A model generated the notes under the pieces. It ran no database searches. It saw only the letters and a list, made by a program, of their open reading frames with translations, and was not told the DNA's origin. The translations under genes and the position numbers were made by a program. Below, piece by piece: positions 15,260-19,530 of a stretch of 19,530 nucleotides of DNA. Origin of the DNA: an uncultured archaeon. Its GTDB lineage: Archaea; Iainarchaeota; Iainarchaeia; Iainarchaeales; 0-14-0-20-30-16. The first letter of the stretch is position 1; the number at the start of each line of letters is the position of its first letter. The stretch covers positions 8,541 through 28,070 of the forward strand of contig CAZMGA010000008.1 in the NCBI GenBank assembly GCA_964565725.1, given 5' to 3'.

Positions 15260-15331
15260 GTGGGGTTGGCAGAACGGCTTATGCACTCGCCTGCAGAGCG
15301 AGCCAAGGGGGTTCAACTCCCTCACCCCACT
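15260..15331 (+). tRNA. tRNA-Cys(GCA): tRNA-Cys (anticodon GCA), 72 nt, CCA not encoded
   Basis: Hand fold: GTGGGGT TG GCAG AACGGCTT ATGC A CTCGC CTGCAGA GCGAG CCAA GGGGG TTCAACT CCCTC ACCCCAC T. The acceptor stem is perfect. Discriminator U73 is the known tRNA-Cys identity element. The fold has a G13-A22 pair and one G-U in the T stem. Confidence 0.88.
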
Positions 15332-15364
15332 TAAAAATAAATTATAATTAGAAAATAATTTTAA

Positions 15365-16936
15365 TTATTTTTTACTAAATTCAACTGTTTCTAAATAAAA
15401 TTCTCTTAAAATTACTTTATATAAAATATATAATGGAATTGTTAGAATCATGCCTAAAACCCCATATATTTGGGCTAAAGCCAAAGTCAGTAAAACACTG
15501 AGTAAAGCATTCATCTTAACACTGCTTGGCAACATAAAAGGCTCAATATAAAAATTATCTATAGCTTGAGCAATTAATACCACTATTAAAGCCCAAAATG
15601 CTAAAATTGGCGATTCAATAAAAGCAACTATTAATCCAGGAATAGATCCTAAAATAGGCCCTAAATAAGGCACAATATTAAAAATACCCGCAATTAATCC
15701 AAAAATAAACCAACCTTTAACTCCTATAATATAAAAACCTATACTTACAATAACACTTACCACAATTGTTTGCAATATTTTTGCATTAAAAAAATTAAAC
15801 AATTCTTTAGAAACTATACTTGTAGCTCTAGAAAATACTTCTTTATATTTTTTGGGAACACTAGCTAAAATATAAGCCCATATTTTTTTTCTTTTTTTAT
15901 AATACATATAAAACATTAAAGGTATAATTAATACACCATTAATTAAAAAATAAGAAAAATTAGAAATAAATGAAGAAAAGAAACTAAATAAATAAGACAT
16001 AATTTTATCTAATAAATTATTTGAAGAAATATAATTTTTCATAAAATTAGGGGTATATTCTCCAAAAGCATTCAAAAATTTATTAGTAATAGAATTTGTA
16101 TTAGAAGCAATTAAAGAGGATATTTCTTGAACTTGAGTTATAAATAAAGTAATTATTACAAATATTACAAAAATAAAAATAACTACAGTTAATATTTTTA
16201 AAAATAAATTTGATTCTTCTTTTATTGAATTTGACTTCTTTGAAAAATCTTTTCTAATTATTTCTGTAATAATTATTAGACTAGCTCCTACAATTAAAGT
16301 AATAAATAACATTTTAAAGTAAAATAAAATAATTATAAATAAAGTTAAAGCCAAAAAAACTAAACCTAAAATGATCCATACTTTTTTATCTGTTACTAAT
16401 TCTATAGGCTTGGATTGTAATTCCTTTTTAGTTATATGATAATTTAAACTAACTTTATAAATATAATAAAAAATAAATACTATTATTAAAGTCAATAAAA
16501 CTTCATAAAAGAAACCTAATAGTAAATTAAAAGATAAAACAAATAAACTATAATTAAATAAATAAAAAACAATATAATTTATTAAATTTGCAAAAAATAT
16601 AATAAAAAACACTTTCAATGAAAAATATTTCTTAAATATTCTTCCCGATAATAATCCTACTAAAGAATGAATTATTAATAACAATATACTAAAAGTATTA
16701 GGAAATAAAATTAAATTTAATATAGAACCTATAACAGCAATAGAAAAACCAGCTAAAGAACCTAATATAATTCCTCCAACTATTACTAAAGATAAATACC
16801 AATTAACATTCAAATCTAAGAAAGGATTTAAAGTAATAGTTTTCGCATTACTTAATAAAACATACAAAGCAATTAAAGCAATAAACAAAATTGCTTTAAA
16901 TAAATAATTCAAATTAAAATATTTTTTAAAATCCAT
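15365..16936 (-). CDS. AI-2E family (PerM/YhhT/TqsA, UPF0118) transporter with an extra ~175-aa N-terminal multi-TM module (523 aa)
   Basis: The C-terminal ~345 aa carry the AI-2E pattern: GIFNIVPYLGPILGSIPGLIVAF...AQAIDNFYIEPFMLPSSVKMNALLSVLLTLALAQIYGVLGMILTIPLY. Residues 1-~175 add about five more hydrophobic helices with a Gly-rich motif (VIVGGIILGSLAGFSIAVIGSILN). Confidence 0.8.
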   Translation of the reverse strand: MDFKKYFNLNYLFKAILFIALIALYVLLSNAKTITLNPFLDLNVNWYLSLVIVGGIILGSLAGFSIAVIGSILNLILFPNTFSILLLIIHSLVGLLSGRIFKKYFSLKVFFIIFFANLINYIVFYLFNYSLFVLSFNLLLGFFYEVLLTLIIVFIFYYIYKVSLNYHITKKELQSKPIELVTDKKVWIILGLVFLALTLFIIILFYFKMLFITLIVGASLIIITEIIRKDFSKKSNSIKEESNLFLKILTVVIFIFVIFVIITLFITQVQEISSLIASNTNSITNKFLNAFGEYTPNFMKNYISSNNLLDKIMSYLFSFFSSFISNFSYFLINGVLIIPLMFYMYYKKRKKIWAYILASVPKKYKEVFSRATSIVSKELFNFFNAKILQTIVVSVIVSIGFYIIGVKGWFIFGLIAGIFNIVPYLGPILGSIPGLIVAFIESPILAFWALIVVLIAQAIDNFYIEPFMLPSSVKMNALLSVLLTLALAQIYGVLGMILTIPLYILYKVILREFYLETVEFSKK

Positions 16937-16974
16937 CTATAATATAAAATTATAATATTATATATATTTTTCTA

Positions 16975-17442
16975 CTAATTTAACAAAATTATTGCAAAAT
17001 TCAATATACTGGCAAAACTAACCCATAAAATATAAGGTATTAATAAAAACCCAGCTTTTTTATCAATTTTAAAAAATAGAGTTATGTTTACAATAATTAA
17101 TAACCACAAAATAATTATATCTATAAAAGCAAATAATGGACTATGTAATTTAAAGAAAAATAAACTCCATAACAAATTAAATATTAATTGAATAAAATAA
17201 AAGATAATAGCTAGTTTTTTATATTTACTATTATTCATCCAAATAAAATAAAAAGCAATACCCATTAAAATAAATAATATAGCCCATACAGGACCAAAAA
17301 TCCAACCAGGAGGATTAAAACTAGGTTTTATTAAAGTAAAGTACCAAGTTCTAATAGAACTAAAAGTAAATATTGAACCTATAGCCCCAAATATTTGAGG
17401 TAAAATTAAAGATAACAAAAATTTATTTGAATTAAATTTCAT
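16975..17442 (-). CDS. tspO: TspO/MBR family tryptophan-rich sensory protein
   Basis: The family signature is W..L.KPSFNPPGWIFGPVWAILFILMGIAFYFIW. The protein has five TM helices and is 155 aa, a typical size. Confidence 0.88.
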   Translation of the reverse strand: MKFNSNKFLLSLILPQIFGAIGSIFTFSSIRTWYFTLIKPSFNPPGWIFGPVWAILFILMGIAFYFIWMNNSKYKKLAIIFYFIQLIFNLLWSLFFFKLHSPLFAFIDIIILWLLIIVNITLFFKIDKKAGFLLIPYILWVSFASILNFAIILLN

Positions 17443-17473
17443 AATTTATAAACAGAAAATAACTTTATATATA

Positions 17474-18208
17474 TTACTCAAAAAAAACTTTAAATAAATA
17501 CATTAACAATAATCCTAATAACATAAATATAAATTGCATAGCTGATTTTTTCAATCTTTTTTCTTTGTGTAGTTCTGGTAATAAATCTGTTCCAGCCATA
17601 TATATAAAACCACCAGCAACAATAGGCATTAAATAAACTATTATGAAATCTAAATATTGTGCAAAAATAAAAGTTAACACAGCCCCAATTATAGCTGTTA
17701 AAGCACTTAAAAAATTATAAAACAAAGCTTTCTTTTTAGATAATCCTGAATGAATTAATATTCCAAAGTCACCTAATTCTTGAGGAATTTCATGAATTAA
17801 TATAGCTATAGTTGTAGCAATACCTGTAGAGATATTTATAAAATATGATGCGGCTATTGCAACACCATCAATAAAATTATGAATAGCATCACCAAAAAAA
17901 TTCAAATACGCTATTGAATGCACTTCACATTTATTATTATGACAATGTCTCCAGTGCAATATTTTTTCTAAAATAAAAAATAATATAAATCCAAAAATTA
18001 CAAATACAAAAGGAATTAATTCAGGCAATTGTTCTACAGATTCAGGCAAAATATGAAAAAAGGCACCACCTAACATAGATCCAGCAGCAAAACTTACTAA
18101 TATATGAATTATAGAATTTAATTTTTTATTGGATATACCTAATAATAAAATACCTATTAAAGATATTAAACTAACAATTAAAACAGATAATAAAATGTAA
18201 AAAATCAT
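17474..18208 (-). CDS. zupT: ZIP family divalent-metal transporter (ZupT-like)
   Basis: HNFIDGVAIAASY and HEIPQELGDFGILIHSG are the conserved ZIP TM4/TM5 metal-binding motifs. A His/Cys-rich loop (HWRHCHNNKCEVH) is also present. The protein has ~8 TM helices. Confidence 0.88.
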   Translation of the reverse strand: MIFYILLSVLIVSLISLIGILLLGISNKKLNSIIHILVSFAAGSMLGGAFFHILPESVEQLPELIPFVFVIFGFILFFILEKILHWRHCHNNKCEVHSIAYLNFFGDAIHNFIDGVAIAASYFINISTGIATTIAILIHEIPQELGDFGILIHSGLSKKKALFYNFLSALTAIIGAVLTFIFAQYLDFIIVYLMPIVAGGFIYMAGTDLLPELHKEKRLKKSAMQFIFMLLGLLLMYLFKVFFE

Positions 18209-18235
18209 AAAAGAACCCAGAAATTTATTATATAA

Positions 18236-18634
18236 TTAATTTGCAACAATATTTAAATCTACTATTTTTAAATTATTTACTTTTCCTACAATAAATTTTG
18301 TTTTGTCTATATCTTCTGCTTTTATAATATAATCCTCATTATTCTTGTTTATATCTAAAATAGTTATATTATAATTTAATTCTTTAGACAATACTTTAAT
18401 TATTGCTTTTTCATCATTTGTTATTTCCCAAATTCTTATACAAGCTTCAGCATCATTACTCCAAGAATAACCTGCAGAAATTAAACAACCGTAATCATCC
18501 TTATCATAGCCAATAATATCTGAATTAGGAAAATTAGATCGACTTTGTATAACTAACAAAATTGCAATAATTAAAAACATTAAAATTAAAAATACTATAG
18601 ATAGTTGTTTTCTACTCATCCTCTCAAGAAACAT
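18236..18634 (-). CDS. Signal-anchored small protein with conserved-looking Cys pair motif, unknown family
   Basis: Track ORF (TTG at 18640). ATG candidates are at 18634 (MFLERMSRKQ..., TATA-like tract ~28 nt upstream) and 18619. It has one TM (LSIVFLILMFLIIAILLVI). The ectodomain follows, with DDYGCLISAGYSWSNDAEACIRIWE. Confidence 0.5.
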   Translation of the reverse strand: MFLERMSRKQLSIVFLILMFLIIAILLVIQSRSNFPNSDIIGYDKDDYGCLISAGYSWSNDAEACIRIWEITNDEKAIIKVLSKELNYNITILDINKNNEDYIIKAEDIDKTKFIVGKVNNLKIVDLNIVAN

Positions 18635-18841
18635 AATCAAATATTATAATAGATATGTTTTTAAATCCAATATATTAAACTATTTAAATATATTATTTAA
18701 ATTTGTTATGTATAATTATATAAACAAAAATACTTATTAATCCTAATAAAAATATTATTTAAATATTCATATATTTTTCAACATTATTTTCAGTTTGTCT
18801 TAGCTTTTAGTATTTATAAATTGTTAGTTATTTTATATATT

Positions 18842-19530
18842 ATGCCTATTTTAAATTCTGAGTTAAAAGCAAGAGAATATCAAACAAATATTGCTAATTC
18901 CATTATTTCTAAAGGTTCGACTTTAGTAGTATTACCAACAGGTTTAGGTAAAACTATAATAGCAATTTTAGTTTTTGCAAATTTATTAGAAAAAAACTCT
19001 AAATCGAAAATATTATTATTAGCGCCTACTAAACCATTAGTTGAACAACATTTAGAGAGTATAAAGAAATTTATATATGTAGACGCAGTAGCAATAACTG
19101 GAACTATACCTCAAAAAAAAAGAAATAAATTAATTGAAGAAAATCAAATTATTATAGCAACACCACAAACAATTGCAAATGATTTACCTACATTAAATGT
19201 AAATTTTGATTGTATTGTTTTTGATGAAGCCCACAAAGCTCAAGGATTATATGCTTATAATTTAATTGCTAAAAGATATTCTAAATCTTTAAAAATAGGT
19301 TTAACAGCAAGTCCAGGCACAAAAAGAAGTGAAGTAAAAGAAGTATTAAATAATTTAGGCATAGAAAATTTAGAAGTAAGAACATCAGAAGATTTAGATG
19401 TTGTACCATATACTCATGAAACAAAAACATATTGGGTCAAAGTTTCTTTACCAAAAGAACTACAAGAAGTAAATAAATTATTAAATGAATTTATTGAAGA
19501 AAAAGCAAATCAATTAAGAGGAATAGGATA
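18842..19530 (+). CDS. hef: Hef / FANCM-MPH1-type (ERCC4-like) DNA helicase, N-terminal 229 aa; continues past the right edge
   Basis: Not in the track (edge-truncated). My translation: MPILNSELKAREYQTNIANSIISKGSTLVVLPTGLGKTIIAILVFANLL...ILLLAPTKPLVEQH...IIATPQTIANDL...CIVFDEAHKAQGLYAYNLIAKRY...IGLTASPGTKRSEVKEVLNNLGIENLEVRTSEDLDVVPY. Walker A PTGLGKT, DEAH box, TASPG motif III and the NLGIE...E.R motif are characteristic of archaeal Hef. Confidence 0.88.
   Translation, partial: MPILNSELKAREYQTNIANSIISKGSTLVVLPTGLGKTIIAILVFANLLEKNSKSKILLLAPTKPLVEQHLESIKKFIYVDAVAITGTIPQKKRNKLIEENQIIIATPQTIANDLPTLNVNFDCIVFDEAHKAQGLYAYNLIAKRYSKSLKIGLTASPGTKRSEVKEVLNNLGIENLEVRTSEDLDVVPYTHETKTYWVKVSLPKELQEVNKLLNEFIEEKANQLRGIG

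Noticed and set aside
7487-15331. Three tRNA genes bracketing gene blocks, as possible attachment sites of an integrated element or genomic island
   Set aside because: I saw no integrase, recombinase or transposase. I found no direct repeat of any tRNA 3' end elsewhere in the window. There is no visible compositional break, and the enclosed genes are ordinary chromosomal functions.
15352-15373. Perfect AT-only inverted repeat AAAATAATT-TT-AATTATTTT plus T6 between tRNA-Cys and the AI-2E gene stop, as a bidirectional terminator
   Set aside because: It is plausible, but it is pure A/T, overlaps the last codons of the AI-2E gene and is indistinguishable from background palindromes at this composition. 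It is not reported as a feature.
18681-18764. Three copies of TATTTAAAT in the divergent intergenic region upstream of hef, considered as origin-recognition-box or regulator sites
   Set aside because: A 9-mer made only of A/T recurring in a nearly pure A/T spacer is expected by chance. There is no G-string/ORB-like core and no adjacent orc1/cdc6. These copies are more simply TATA-box-like promoter elements.
1-19530. Scan for CRISPR arrays, long tandem or direct repeats, IS elements, toxin-antitoxin pairs and known defence genes
   Set aside because: By eye I found no regularly spaced repeats, no transposase or integrase-like ORFs, and no small adjacent gene pairs with TA-like features. Reading without tools could miss diverged repeats.

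Overview
Extremely AT-rich (by eye about three quarters or more A+T; not computed), gene-dense 19.5-kb chromosomal segment. I interpret it as archaeal, probably from a small-genome DPANN-type lineage (inference).

Archaeal hallmarks seen directly:
- tRNA-Tyr(GUA) with a ~50-nt intron at 37/38 in a bulge-helix-bulge context, a C1-G72 pair and a short variable arm.
- A 52-aa Sec61-beta gene that is absent from the ORF track.
- A Hef/FANCM-type helicase truncated by the right edge.
- Three tRNAs with no encoded CCA.
- A mix of TATA-box/leaderless-looking starts and GGTG/GAGGTG Shine-Dalgarno sites.

I call 21 CDS and 3 tRNAs. Two CDS are edge-truncated and one is small; all three are missing from the track.

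Recognisable genes: LpxH-like metallophosphoesterase, PPC/DUF296-like protein, OB-fold lipoprotein, J-domain protein, cold-shock protein, MscL, DEAD-box helicase, AI-2E-type transporter with an extra N-terminal membrane module, TspO, ZIP/ZupT and Hef.

The unusual part is two blocks of family-less envelope proteins:
1. Positions 1-6252: a divergent locus. One arm is sec61beta, a Cys-containing secreted protein and a large prepilin-like protein. The other arm is a translationally coupled trio of N-terminally anchored beta-rich proteins, one of them also with a prepilin-like K-G|D-I-L-L N-terminus.
2. Positions 12213-15162: a tandem pair of signal-peptide proteins built from repeated Ig/CARDB-like modules, sharing a C-terminal TM plus ...RK anchor.

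These are my best candidates for an undescribed surface or attachment system, but this rests on sequence pattern reading only.

A 45-nt GC-rich hairpin island at 8462-8506 sits in an otherwise CDS-free 268-nt gap and is a candidate small RNA.

I saw no CRISPR array, transposase, integrase or recognisable defence genes.
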